The position numbers and the translations under genes were made by a program. Below are positions 18,753 through 29,468 of a stretch of DNA of 64,000 nt, in pieces. Position 1 is the first letter of the stretch, and each line of letters starts with the position of its first letter. Source of the stretch: Nostoc sp. DedSLP01 (GTDB lineage: Bacteria > Cyanobacteriota > Cyanobacteriia > Cyanobacteriales > Nostocaceae). The notes under the pieces are model-generated. The model was not told the DNA's origin. It saw only the letters and a list, made by a program, of their open reading frames with translations, and made no database searches. Location: positions 96,001-160,000 of the forward strand of contig JAVRCJ020000008.1 in the NCBI GenBank assembly GCA_034530875.2, written 5' to 3'.

Positions 18753-20933
18753 ATGGCAAAGTCTAAAAAAAGCACTAATCCCATCAATCTTAACGATCCA
18801 CAATATTATCTTAACCGTGAGTTAAGCTGGTTAGAATTTAATGGCAGAGTTTTACATGAAGCCTGTGACGATCGCACCCCTCTTCTGGAACGCCTAAAGT
18901 TTTCGGCAATTTTCAGTTCTAATTTAGATGAATTTTTCATGGTGCGCGTTGCTGGTTTAAAGCAACAAGTAGAAGCAAAAGTTAGCCTGTTAACTCCCGA
19001 CGGTCGCACGCCACAACAACAGTTAGACGATATCCGGTCTACTCTTATTCCTCAGGTAAAGAAACAGCATCAAAATTTTGAGCAAGTACTCCGCCCTCTA
19101 TTAGCAAAGCACGGGATTCATATCCTGAATTATATAGATTTAAATCAGACACAACGAAATCATCTCGATAGCTATTTTGAAGAACAAGTTTTTCCAGTTT
19201 TGACTCCCTTGGCTGTCGATCCCAGCCATCCGTTTCCTTTTATTTCTAATCTCAGCCTGAATCTGGCAGTGGTGGTAAAAAATCCAGACACCGACGAAGA
19301 ATTTTTTGCCAGAGTTAAAGTACCTAGCGTTTTGCCGCGATTTCTACCCTTACCGCGTGACTTGGCAAGCCAAGATAACGAACAACCGATTCACTGGGTT
19401 GGGGTACCTTTAGAACAAGCGATCGCTCATAACTTGGAATCCCTATTTCCAGGCATGAATATTCAAGAATATCATCCGTTCCGCATTACCCGCGACGCCG
19501 ATTTAGTCTTAGAAGAAGATGAAGCCGACGATCTATTATTAGCGATCGAACAAGAACTGCGAAAACGGCGCTTGGGTGGAAGTCCAGTCCGGCTAGAAAT
19601 TCAATCCCAAACACCAGAACCAGTGCGATCGCGATTATTACAAGATTTAGACTTAACAGACAGCGATGTTTACGAAGTAGATGGCCTTTTGGGATTGCGG
19701 GATTTGATGTCTTTTATGTCCTTGCCACTCCCAGAACTCAAAGATCCGCCACGTCAATCTGTTGTACCACCGCGCCTGCAACGTCTGAGAGAACCGAGTT
19801 TAGACCCAGATGTACTGGAAACGGACGAAGGAAAAGACTTTTTTTCGGTAATTAGGGAAAAAGATTTGTTAGTACACCATCCCTATCAATCTTTTTCGGC
19901 CTCAGTGGTGCGCTTCATTACCTACGCTGCTTATGACCCGAATGTACTAGCCATCAAGATGACTCTTTACCGGACTTCCGGCGACTCACCCATTGTCAAT
20001 GCTTTAATCGCCGCCGCCGAAAATGGCAAGCAAGTATCTGTACTGGTGGAATTAAAAGCACGGTTTGATGAAGAGAATAATATTTATTGGGCAAAACGAC
20101 TAGAAAGAGTTGGAGTTCACGTTGTCTATGGTTTGGTGGGACTCAAAACCCATAGCAAAACCGTAATGGTAGTCCGGCGAGAAAAAGACCGGATGCGTCG
20201 CTACGTTCATATCGGGACTGGTAATTATAACCCAAAAACTGCACGATTGTATACAGATTTGGGATTGTTTAGTTGTCGGGAAGAATTGGGTGCTGACATC
20301 ACAGATTTATTTAATTTCTTAACAGGCTACTCGCGGCAAAAGTCTTATCGAGAAGTACTGGTTGCACCTGTGAATATGCGCGATCGCTTTTTAGCGCTGA
20401 TTCGCCGCGAAATCGAAAATGTTCAAAATGGTTTTTCTGGACGCATTGTTGCCAAAATGAATTCTCTGGTCGATCCGGAAATTATCGCCACTTTATATGA
20501 AGCTTCCCGCGCCGGAGTGCAAATTGATTTAATTGTTAGGGGTATTTGTTGTTTGCGTCCGGGACTCAAAGACATTAGTGAAAACATTCACATAATCAGC
20601 ATTGTCGGTCGCTTTTTAGAACATTCTCGAATTTATTATTTTCATAACAACACACAAGAAGAAATCTATATTGGCAGTGCCGACTGGATGCGCCGCAACT
20701 TAGATCGGCGAGTGGAAGTAATTACCCCCATTAAAGACCCAGATATCGCTAAAGATTTACAAGAGATTCTAGGAATTATGCTTGCAGATAATCGCCAAGC
20801 TTGGGAGTTACAAGCCGATGGTACTTACATTCAACGCCGTCCCTATGAGGGTTCTCCAGAAGCCAATTCACAAAAAACTCTGATGAATATGGCATTACGT
20901 TCAACTGGCGTAACTTCAAATTTGATTGATTAG
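18753..20933 (+). CDS. ppk1: Polyphosphate kinase 1
   Basis: NRELSWLEFN, SNLDEFFMVRVAG, HHPYQSF, ELKARFDE, HIGTGNYN, RFLEHSR, SADWM. Confidence 0.98.
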   Translation: MAKSKKSTNPINLNDPQYYLNRELSWLEFNGRVLHEACDDRTPLLERLKFSAIFSSNLDEFFMVRVAGLKQQVEAKVSLLTPDGRTPQQQLDDIRSTLIPQVKKQHQNFEQVLRPLLAKHGIHILNYIDLNQTQRNHLDSYFEEQVFPVLTPLAVDPSHPFPFISNLSLNLAVVVKNPDTDEEFFARVKVPSVLPRFLPLPRDLASQDNEQPIHWVGVPLEQAIAHNLESLFPGMNIQEYHPFRITRDADLVLEEDEADDLLLAIEQELRKRRLGGSPVRLEIQSQTPEPVRSRLLQDLDLTDSDVYEVDGLLGLRDLMSFMSLPLPELKDPPRQSVVPPRLQRLREPSLDPDVLETDEGKDFFSVIREKDLLVHHPYQSFSASVVRFITYAAYDPNVLAIKMTLYRTSGDSPIVNALIAAAENGKQVSVLVELKARFDEENNIYWAKRLERVGVHVVYGLVGLKTHSKTVMVVRREKDRMRRYVHIGTGNYNPKTARLYTDLGLFSCREELGADITDLFNFLTGYSRQKSYREVLVAPVNMRDRFLALIRREIENVQNGFSGRIVAKMNSLVDPEIIATLYEASRAGVQIDLIVRGICCLRPGLKDISENIHIISIVGRFLEHSRIYYFHNNTQEEIYIGSADWMRRNLDRRVEVITPIKDPDIAKDLQEILGIMLADNRQAWELQADGTYIQRRPYEGSPEANSQKTLMNMALRSTGVTSNLID

Positions 20934-21238
20934 GAAAGATTTTGTTAATAGCTTGATAATTAACTCAACTTAGTTTTTTAGAAAAATTTAATTTTTTCAA
21001 AAGTTATCTAAGTTAAAAGTTATCAGGCCTCTATGCGATACGATGAAAAAACTCGCTCTCAACTCAAAAACCTGATTCCATATTTACTACTACTTCATTC
21101 CCCCTAACTAAGCAGATCGTTTCAACAATTAAAGCAAGTTAGCATATTTGTCATAGGTTGATACCAGTTATTCAACCATTGGATAGAGTGAGTACTGGCA
21201 CTGATTCCCATAAACTAGAGGGGTTATTGTAAACAATT

Positions 21239-21673
21239 TTGTCTTTCCCCTCAATGTTGATGTTATCCTGCGAGCTTTCTACCTTGCGTGTTCTAGTAGT
21301 TGATGACCACGAACTTACTCGTTTAACCTTACAATTAGCTTTTTCTTGCGAAGAAAATATCCAAGTTGTAGGTTTAGCTACTAATGGTCAAGAAGCTATA
21401 GAAATGGCTCAAATTTGTCAGCCTGATGTGATTGTTCTAGATTTACAAATGCCAGTTTTGGACGGCTGGAGTGCCTCTAGTCAAATAAAAGCTATATCTC
21501 CGAACACTCAAATCCTTGCTTACTCTTCATTGGAGGATGTAACTTTTCAGGGGACAAAAAAAATATCTAGCTTTGATGACGTTTGTAAAAAAGATGTACC
21601 TACCTCCGAACTGGTTGCTTTAGTTAGACAGTTAGGTAAGCGTGTAGGAGATAACAACTCACATACTCAATGA
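21239..21673 (+). CDS. Single-domain response regulator (NarL-type receiver)
   Basis: VLVVDDH, DVIVLDLQMPVLDG; no output domain; real start may be a few codons downstream. Confidence 0.88.
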   Translation: MSFPSMLMLSCELSTLRVLVVDDHELTRLTLQLAFSCEENIQVVGLATNGQEAIEMAQICQPDVIVLDLQMPVLDGWSASSQIKAISPNTQILAYSSLEDVTFQGTKKISSFDDVCKKDVPTSELVALVRQLGKRVGDNNSHTQ

Positions 21674-21820
21674 TTGTGTATTACATTACCAATTCAGGTT
21701 TAACTCAATTCCAGGGAATTAAAGACAATATATTACTGCAAAACGTCGGTATATCCTGAAATTCAAGGTTACACCGACGCACTTTTATATGTTTTATACT
21801 TTAGTGTGAATCTAGCTTAA

Positions 21821-22000
21821 CTAGATTTCTTGTTCTGGAACGATCCGCTTAAATTCATCAATTAATTCATCTAGTTCTTCCAAAGCCTGATTGACGTCAA
21901 TTCTTAAAATTCCCAAATTTGGTTGTTCCAGTAGACTCAGCAAATAGTCCCGCTTGTTTTGGACTACGGCAATTCGTTCTTTTATAGTCTGCAAATCCAT
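21821..22000 (-). CDS. 59-aa helical small protein (below the ORF-track cutoff)
   Basis: Manual translation MDLQTIKERIAVVQNKRDYLLSLLEQPNLGILRIDVNQALEELDELIDEFKRIVPEQEI*; followed by hairpin CGTCGGT...ACCGACG at ~21744-21779. Confidence 0.8.
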   Translation of the reverse strand: MDLQTIKERIAVVQNKRDYLLSLLEQPNLGILRIDVNQALEELDELIDEFKRIVPEQEI

Positions 22001-22305
22001 TATTTTTTCTTTGTGTTTAAGTACCTTTAAGTTTAAATTAACTCATAATTTAACATTCTGGAACACAAACTAGTGACATAATCGCCGTTAGATTTCGAGC
22101 CATTAGCACCAATTAATAATGTAAATCCACCTGCGGATATCCCTCTCACCTTTTGATAAGGATAGGATTGCTGCCGATCTCTTTGAATAAGCTACAGTAA
22201 AATGCACAGATGCGCGTTGATGTCAACTTCACTTAAAAGTTCTATCGCGCAAGTCGCTAATGCTGTTCGCTAATTTCTTACTCATAGCCGATGATAATAA
22301 AACTA

Positions 22306-22520
22306 ATACCATTTCATAAAATTCCTACTACAACTACATTGGTAGGCAATACTTTTCGGTTAAAGGGGAAAGGCAAAAGGGAAAAGGTTTAAATTTACCC
22401 TTTACCCCAAACCCACAGAAGTTGTTGCCACTTATCCAAAAAGTATTGCTTGAGTAGGGGCATATCACTGTAAACCCCTATAGGCAATTCATGAGTTGTA
22501 AAAATTTTGCGAAATGGTGT
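22306..22520. mobile_element. MITE-like element (outer) containing a second MITE and a REP-like palindrome
   Basis: ATACCATTTCATAAAATT vs reverse complement of the right end ACACCATTTCGCAAAATT; internal TAGGGG...CCCCTA. Confidence 0.6.
22346..22449. mobile_element. MITE-like element (inner) with 18-bp TIR
   Basis: GCAATACTTTTCGGTTAA vs reverse complement of the right end GCAATACTTTTTGGATAA. Confidence 0.7.
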
Positions 22521-22552
22521 GAGATATTAACAATTTATACTCATCTAAGCTC

Positions 22553-23125
22553 ATGCTAGGCCAAATCTCTTTGGGAACACTCGGTTTAACTGTCGGCAGT
22601 ATATTAACCATCATTGGCTTCGTAGCCTATGCTGCTGATAACGCGACACTCAATCTTGTCGGATTTTTTTATGGGATTCCTCTATTATTAGGGGGGCTGG
22701 CACTGAAAGCTAATGAACTCAAGCCAATACCCTTTAGTCAACCTACATCACCATCAACATTAACACTGCGCCAACAGCAAGCAACAGTAACTCAAAATAA
22801 AATTCGCAAAGATATCACCCGATATTGCTATGGGCAAGATGCTCATTTCGATACAACACTTGAGTTTTTAGGTTTGAGTCCCAGCGATGAAGAACGACCA
22901 ATAGTTACAGGGTTGCGAGAAACAGAAGTCAATGGCAGCTATGTCTTAATTTTAGAATTTGATTCGCCCTTAGTACCGCTTGATATCTGGCAAAAAAAGC
23001 AAGAAAAAATGACCAATTATTTTGGCCCTGGAGTAGAAATTCAAATAACCCAGCCGTCTGAAAATAAAATTGAAGTAGCATTAATAACAATTTCTCAGAA
23101 AGAGGCAATTGTCGATAGTCAATAA
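22553..23125 (+). CDS. DUF2854 family membrane protein
   Basis: Two N-terminal TMs, FFYGIPLLLGGLALK, TQNKIRKDITRYCYGQ, YFGPG. Confidence 0.85.
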   Translation: MLGQISLGTLGLTVGSILTIIGFVAYAADNATLNLVGFFYGIPLLLGGLALKANELKPIPFSQPTSPSTLTLRQQQATVTQNKIRKDITRYCYGQDAHFDTTLEFLGLSPSDEERPIVTGLRETEVNGSYVLILEFDSPLVPLDIWQKKQEKMTNYFGPGVEIQITQPSENKIEVALITISQKEAIVDSQ

Positions 23126-23169
23126 CAAAAAATATCGCTAGCAATTGGCAATTGAGGGCTGGAGATTGG

Positions 23170-23226
23170 GAGTGCTGTTAGCTTTCTTCTCTACGAGAGG
23201 CTATACCAACGGGGCGTTTAGCTCGT
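23170..23226. repeat. SDR-type dispersed repeat carrying a nested insert
   Basis: GAGTGCTGTTAGC-[TTTCTTCTCTACGAGAGGCTATACC]-AACGGGGCGTTTAGCTCGT compared with uninterrupted copies at 12933 and 59935. Confidence 0.65.
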
Positions 23227-23293
23227 TAAGAGTAATTCTCCCTCTCTCCCCATGACTTTGCGCAAAATGTAAAATCCAAAATTCAAAATAGTA

Positions 23294-23554
23294 TTACTTT
23301 TCTAGACGAACTGCATACCATTGTAAATATTCTCCAGCACCAATATCTAATTCACAACTGGTATCGAGTAAATATTGTGCTTGAGCTTCTGCGGTATCAA
23401 ATTTTTGCAAGTCAGGTGGTAAATCTTGAGTTTTCAGTTGTTGGAGAGTTGTTTTCAGTTTTTCTAATAACTCTGGTAGTGTCAGAAATTGTTCTGGTTG
23501 ATTTGTTTCTAGAACAACAAAGTTATCCTGTTGATACATCAGTGGATCTGGCAT
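23294..23554 (-). CDS. Chlororespiratory reduction protein 7 (CRR7, DUF3571)
   Basis: FVVLETNQPEQFLT..EL and GEYLQWYAVRLEK are characteristic. Confidence 0.85.
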   Translation of the reverse strand: MPDPLMYQQDNFVVLETNQPEQFLTLPELLEKLKTTLQQLKTQDLPPDLQKFDTAEAQAQYLLDTSCELDIGAGEYLQWYAVRLEK

Positions 23555-24326
23555 TTTTAAAAGTTAGTTAGTGTAGTTGGATTGTGATTTTTTTGTAAAG
23601 TTTTCTAGCTAATTTTTCAGTTCAAAAAATTACGCAGCAGTTCTAAATTGTTTGTGAATTTTTTATTTGCTTCGTTTTTTGCCTGCGTAGTTGGCGATCG
23701 CTATTTTTTTGTTCGCAACCTCATCTGCGATCGCTGTAGTTTTACGTGTTTATTGTAAAGTAATTATAAAATTGATATATTTTACTAATTATATTACTTG
23801 TTTGGTAAATTTTGAATTAGCCAAATTACTATTTCTTCATTTAAATCAGCGTACTACATTAATTATCATCGGAATTTCTACTGTTTTTACGGTGAATGAC
23901 TAGAGGACAATGCTTTTTACATAGTCTAAGATAAATTTTATGTAATTATACTAAACGCCTAGAAATATTAGCAAATAGATTCAATCGGTGGAAGCTCAGT
24001 TATATTAGTGTTTGCAATTCTCCAAAAAATTGTAATTTGACTTTAATAATGGGGAAATATAACAATAACATTTCTTTCCATAACCATAGCCGAACAAAAA
24101 GGTAACAATTGCCTTTGAGTTCCAACTATAGATTGTCTATGCAATTTAGTTATCTATCGCTTGCTTGGCTCAATAGTATTGAGCAGTCTATTCTCAAAAG
24201 ACAGTTGATTCTCAAGACAAACACGCCCTTGCCACAAATGCTGGTATCGATTCAGACTAACAATCGCCTACCTACGATTGAGTTGCCCAGCTTTTTTCAG
24301 GATAGTCTCGCAAGTAGAAGTAACTC

Positions 24327-25355
24327 ATGTCAGGCATAAGCTCATTTTCTCTTTCTAAGCAACCACCACTGATTCTGGTCGCAGATGACGACAAAACCAT
24401 TCGAGTCTTGTTGCGTAAAGCTATGGAACAAGAAGGCTATCGAGTGGTAGAAGTCAATGATGGTAAGCAATGTTTAGATGCTTACGAGACTATTAAACCA
24501 GATATAGTTTTGCTGGATGCTGTCATGCCTGTAATGGATGGCTTTACTTGCTGTAAACAGTTACTCCAGATTGCCAGAAATAATTTGATATCAGCACTCG
24601 CAACCTTTGATACTGACTCTGTGCTTGGCAACACTGTGATTTCCAAGATATGGGAGCGAACTCCGATTTTGATGATCACATGCTTAGACGATGAAGAATC
24701 TGTAGACCGTGCTTTTGAAGCAGGGGCGACTGATTACGTTACTAAGCCCATTCACTGGCCTGTATTGCGTCAGCGATTGCGCCGACTCCTACAGCAAGCG
24801 CAGGTCTACAAACAGTTAGAAGCGGCAAACCAAGCTTTGCAGCACCTCGCCAATGTAGATGGCTTAACTGAGTTACCAAATCGTCGTCGGTTTGACGATT
24901 ATCTCAATACTCAATGGATTAATTTGGCACAGGAAGAATGCTTCCTGTCGTTGATTTTATGTGATATCGATTTTTTTAAATTGTATAACGATAAATACGG
25001 TCATCCGGCTGGGGATGTCTGTTTACAAAAAGTGGGTGCTGTCTTAAACCAAAAAGCGCAAAAACATCAGGATTTAGTAGCGCGTTATGGTGGGGAAGAA
25101 TTTGCGGTGATTATGCCATATACCCATACGGCTGGTGCAGTTCACGTTGCCGCAGCAATGCAAGCAGCAGTTAGAGATTTGCAAATTGTTCATGACGCTT
25201 CTACGGTGAGTCCCTATGTGACCTTAAGTATGGGCGTAGCAACTGTTATCCCCACTTGGGAATCCTCACCTTTAGATTTGATTGTGCGAGCAGATAAAGC
25301 ACTATATCAAGCAAAAGCTAGCGGACGCGATCGCTTTGTCTCAAGTAGTCATTAG
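24327..25355 (+). CDS. PleD-like response regulator / diguanylate cyclase
   Basis: Receiver (ILVADDD, LDAVMP, YVTKP) plus DGLT..NRR, DIDFFK.YND.YGH..GD, RYGGEEF. Confidence 0.95.
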   Translation: MSGISSFSLSKQPPLILVADDDKTIRVLLRKAMEQEGYRVVEVNDGKQCLDAYETIKPDIVLLDAVMPVMDGFTCCKQLLQIARNNLISALATFDTDSVLGNTVISKIWERTPILMITCLDDEESVDRAFEAGATDYVTKPIHWPVLRQRLRRLLQQAQVYKQLEAANQALQHLANVDGLTELPNRRRFDDYLNTQWINLAQEECFLSLILCDIDFFKLYNDKYGHPAGDVCLQKVGAVLNQKAQKHQDLVARYGGEEFAVIMPYTHTAGAVHVAAAMQAAVRDLQIVHDASTVSPYVTLSMGVATVIPTWESSPLDLIVRADKALYQAKASGRDRFVSSSH

Positions 25356-25432
25356 TCATTAGTCATTGGTCATTAGTCATTAGTCATTAGTTTTTTCTTC
25401 CCCTGCTCCTCTGCTCCTCTGCTCCCCTGCCC
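25346..25432. repeat. STRR heptamer (GTCATTA)n plus octamer (CTGCTCCT)n repeats
   Basis: gtcattagtcattagtcattggtcattagtcattagtcattag; cctgctcctctgctcctctgctcccctgcccc. Confidence 0.9.
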
Positions 25433-25434
25433 CA

Positions 25435-26622
25435 TTAAGAAGGATAAACTGGTAGCGTAAAGTGGAACCATGCTCCGCTATTGGGGGCAGAATCCACCCA
25501 AATTTGACCGTAATGGGCGCGGATAATGCGTTGGCATAAACAAAGACCGATGCCGTAACCTTCCGTACCTTCATCCCGTTGCAAACGGAAGTGGTTTTCA
25601 AAAATGCGATCGCGATTCTCTACAGGAATACCAGGCCCCGTATCGCCAATACTGAACTGAACTTTTTGGGTGGTGCGGTGCAATCCAGCAATGCTAATCT
25701 TGCCACCTTCGGGGGTATATTTTATCGCATTATCCAACAGATTAACTATCACTTGGCGGATACGTTCTGGGTCAGCATATACGTAGGGTAAGTCTTTGGG
25801 AATATCTGTTTCTACTTGTTGGGCTTTGCTAGTGTAGCGATCGCGCAATTCTTCAACTACATCTAAACAAAGTTTACCTAGCTCTACTTTTTGTGGTAGT
25901 ATCGGTATTTCTGTGTCTTTGCCACGACCTACCTGCAAAAGGTCGGCAATCATTCGGTCAATAATTTTAGTTTGACTGCGGGCTTGCTTTAATAAATGCG
26001 CCGTCATTGCTGGTTTGAGGCGCTGGAATTCACCTGTTTCTACATTGTAGTTAGATTGAAGAGTTTCTATCGCGATCGCAGCAGCAGTTAGAGGATTGCG
26101 GAGGTCGTGTGCCAACATAGCAATCACTCGGTCTTTAAATTGTAACTGCTCTTGCAGGTTTTCTTTTTCCTGTTTCAAGCGAAAAATCTCATCGGAGAGG
26201 CGAATAAGTTCAGCGGAAACGGCGACAGAACGAATCGTAGATTTGGGTGATGTCACTCGACCATTGTCATCTATACGTTCTTGTAAATCTTCCTGCAATT
26301 TTAAGTAGGCTTCTACAGCAGTTTGCCAGCGAGGCCACCAGTTTTTCAATTGCGCTATTATATTACTCCCAGCCAGAATCTGCCGCGGTTCTGGATGAAT
26401 TTTAATCAAAGCTGGTGTTGCTACTAATTTAAAATGTTCTGCCAAATAAGGTTGTTGCCCAACATCGATAAGTTGCAGTTCAAAATTATACTCAGCCTGC
26501 AATTCTTTTAAGTGAGCACGTATTCGTTGCACCTGCTGTCGGGACTTCGGGCGTCCATCTACAAAAAGTAGCAGTTGGAGTGGAGCCTCAGAATAAATAG
26601 GCTGATCCTGGGAAACTTGCAT
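25435..26622 (-). CDS. sasA: Circadian clock-associated histidine kinase SasA
   Basis: KaiB-like N-terminus (LLLFVD...[18 protein letters not shown]) plus AHDLRNP H-box and HATPase; start at MQVSQ (ORF track opens at 26649). Confidence 0.92.
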   Translation of the reverse strand: MQVSQDQPIYSEAPLQLLLFVDGRPKSRQQVQRIRAHLKELQAEYNFELQLIDVGQQPYLAEHFKLVATPALIKIHPEPRQILAGSNIIAQLKNWWPRWQTAVEAYLKLQEDLQERIDDNGRVTSPKSTIRSVAVSAELIRLSDEIFRLKQEKENLQEQLQFKDRVIAMLAHDLRNPLTAAAIAIETLQSNYNVETGEFQRLKPAMTAHLLKQARSQTKIIDRMIADLLQVGRGKDTEIPILPQKVELGKLCLDVVEELRDRYTSKAQQVETDIPKDLPYVYADPERIRQVIVNLLDNAIKYTPEGGKISIAGLHRTTQKVQFSIGDTGPGIPVENRDRIFENHFRLQRDEGTEGYGIGLCLCQRIIRAHYGQIWVDSAPNSGAWFHFTLPVYPS

Positions 26623-27961
26623 GTAATCGTGTTTCAGCACTGGTAACAACCTGGCGACGCTTTACAAAAAGTAAAATGAACTAACGGTTGTCGATGGGCG
26701 TTTGTTTTTCTTCAATTTAATATCTATTTTAGATTTTTCATACTCATATTCAGATCTCGGTTTTTGACATCAGAGATATCTTTTTGAGCTTTTTGCTTTT
26801 TTTTGGCTAACTGCATCTCCAAGAAACGCTTTTGTCCTAGAAAAGTAAGTCTTAATTTGCCTTGAATCAAAATTTTTTGCCACAGTTAACCTCTGGAAAT
26901 TTCGATCCTATGTCAAATGGTTACTCTAACCGGATATGAATTTGAGTAATCGCTTTGGTCAAGGGAACACTGAATCAAACGTAGATGATAATTGTATCCG
27001 ATCTATCAGGTAGCTGTTAACTATTTCGGCCAAGGGTCTAGAGGGTTTTTTTAACCGTCAGTGCATTTGATGAAGTGTCTTTTGTGCCTCTATCCGAATC
27101 GTGAGTTACGTTGGGAAAACAGTTATATGTAATTACTGCCTTAATCAATTGCGAAGTGCAGACTGTTGTGGGTCTTCCTCAAAAAAACACTCGCTATTCT
27201 AGAAGAATAAGAGATAGCTTGTTTGGGGAAAGCTGGGGATAACATCCGAGCGATCGCGTTTTTCAAGGAAGCACTGCTTTCAAGCCTGCCAAGAAACTCT
27301 TGACTACAGCACAAACTGACGCTAAGTTCCTGGAGTTGCTTAACGCTAGCATTTTTCAAACATTTCATTATTCAGCTTACCACCGTCAGATGAATAATCT
27401 TCAGAATCGATTTTAAGCCAACGTTAGCCAATTTTATTGATTCCCCTCTTTTAATGAGGCTAAGGGGGCTTTATTTATAGTCTATCACTTGAGTGGTTTG
27501 GCGATCGCATCTAGCTAGCGCTTTTAGGTGTGTCAACAAGCTTGTAGTCCCTAATCTGTGTATTTAGCGATTCATCAATCAAATATCCACTCTTCAACCG
27601 AAAATTTAGATAACTATCCAAAATTTACAGCATTAAAACTATAAAAATTTTCTATGGTAACTATTCTGGCTTTATTTTCCGTTTTGTTTTCCGAAAATGT
27701 TAGTTTTGCACAATTTTAGGGAAATCTATAGATAAGCATGGGAATTTTCAAAACCTAATGGCTGTAAAACGAAGACAACACGGTAGCTTATGCTACCGTT
27801 TACTAATTTTTCAAACATTTTCATAGCGCTAGGCAAGGTACTGGAGATTGGGAGAGGGAAAAATTTCTTCTCATTACTCACTACCCAGTATCCAATTTCC
27901 ATTTCCATTTCACGAACAGTTTGCGCTAGGGTAGGAACTGAAACTCAATTTGTGATTTCCA

Positions 27962-29362
27962 GTGCTTCCTGCTAAACGTACAGCTGTATTTTTGAGTTTG
28001 GCTGTTTTATTCACTTCGTTAACAGCCTGTGCTAATACTCCAGTGGCCAAAAACCTTGAAGACTCTTTGGCCGCAGATCCTAAACTGCAAAATAATCCGG
28101 TTGTTTTTGGAGAATCCCAAACAAACCAACCACAAGCACAGCAAAACGACTCAACAGTTCAGTTACCAGCTGATTTTGCCCAAGATATTCCACTATATTC
28201 CAATGCCAAACTACAGGAAGTTATCCCTGCTAGTGGTTCAGAAAACAGAGTTTCAACTCGTTGGTTGAGTTCAGATCCTAGCAACTTGATTGCTAGCTTT
28301 TATCGTAGCCAGTTGCAAACAAATAACTGGCAAATTTTGCAACAGCCTACAGATGATGGAATAGGTGTCTTTGAAGCACGCCGCAATGATTTGCTACTGA
28401 AAGTTGCGATTCAGCCTCAATCAGTAACTAACGCTACACCCAATCAACCCCAAACAGCTACTGAATTAGTGATTGAGTACGTACCAAATACTAGTACTGC
28501 AACAGCACAATCTACCCAAACCACAAATCCTAACAAAACTGCTAATAGCATTCCCCAATCGGGAGATCCCCAGTTCATTGGCCCTGTAGCACCTGAAAAC
28601 CTGGCATCACAGCCACCAAGTACGGCTAATAACCAAACAACTTCTACAGCCATTGAATCTCAAACATTCAACGATCTCAATAAAGCACCAAAAGAATGGC
28701 AACAACACATTCAAGATTTGGCTGCATTGGGTGTTTTGTCGATAGAACCAAAGATAACAAAAAGTAATTCTGCTACAACGAACCAATTTGAACCCGGTAA
28801 AATCGTTACACGCCGGGAATATGCACGTTGGCTAGTTGCTGCTAATAATGCTATGTATGCTAACAATCCAGCTAAACAAATTCGTTTGGCATCAGAAAGT
28901 ACTCAACCTGCTTTTAGCGATGTGTCCTCAAAAGACCCTGATTTTCCAGCAATCCAAGGGTTAGCTGAGGCTGGGTTAATTCCTAGTCCTTTGTCTGGAG
29001 ATTCTACGACTGTTTTATTTCGTCCTGATGCTCCCCTAACACGGGAGATGTTACTGTTGTGGAAATTACCTCTAGACACTCGCCAAGCCTTACCCGCTGC
29101 TAACTTTGAGGCGGTTAAACAAACCTGGGGCTTCCAAGATGCAGCCAGAATTGATTCTAAGGCTTTAAGAGCAGTTTTGGCTGATTTTCAGAATGGGGAA
29201 CAATCGAACATCCGGCGGGTGTTTGGCTATACGACCCTGTTTCAACCCAAAAAATCAGTTACTCGGGCTGAGGCTGCGGCAGTTTTGTGGTACTTCGGAA
29301 CTCAGAGTGAGGGTGTATCAGCTGCTGAGGCATTGAAGTTAAAGCAACTTCCAAACAATTAA
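27962..29362 (+). CDS. Lipoprotein with S-layer homology domains
   Basis: Lipobox LTAC; SLH motifs F.P...VTRREYA, FRPDAPLTRE, FQPKKSVTRAEAA. Confidence 0.88.
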   Translation: MLPAKRTAVFLSLAVLFTSLTACANTPVAKNLEDSLAADPKLQNNPVVFGESQTNQPQAQQNDSTVQLPADFAQDIPLYSNAKLQEVIPASGSENRVSTRWLSSDPSNLIASFYRSQLQTNNWQILQQPTDDGIGVFEARRNDLLLKVAIQPQSVTNATPNQPQTATELVIEYVPNTSTATAQSTQTTNPNKTANSIPQSGDPQFIGPVAPENLASQPPSTANNQTTSTAIESQTFNDLNKAPKEWQQHIQDLAALGVLSIEPKITKSNSATTNQFEPGKIVTRREYARWLVAANNAMYANNPAKQIRLASESTQPAFSDVSSKDPDFPAIQGLAEAGLIPSPLSGDSTTVLFRPDAPLTREMLLLWKLPLDTRQALPAANFEAVKQTWGFQDAARIDSKALRAVLADFQNGEQSNIRRVFGYTTLFQPKKSVTRAEAAAVLWYFGTQSEGVSAAEALKLKQLPNN

Positions 29363-29468
29363 ATATCCAATGAAGTAGGTCGGCGTAAATAATTCTTGTT
29401 GGGATAAGGCAATACGAATAATAGTTTTAGATTTATTATTTTTCTCACCTTCAGAGCTTTGCTAATTT

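Noticed and set aside
24109..24339. 76-aa ORF overlapping the start of the GGDEF regulator
   Set aside because: TTG start, no recognisable motif; could be leader sequence and cannot be supported without conservation data
27141..27368. 75-aa minus-strand ORF
   Set aside because: No family features; region kept only as an unexplained locus
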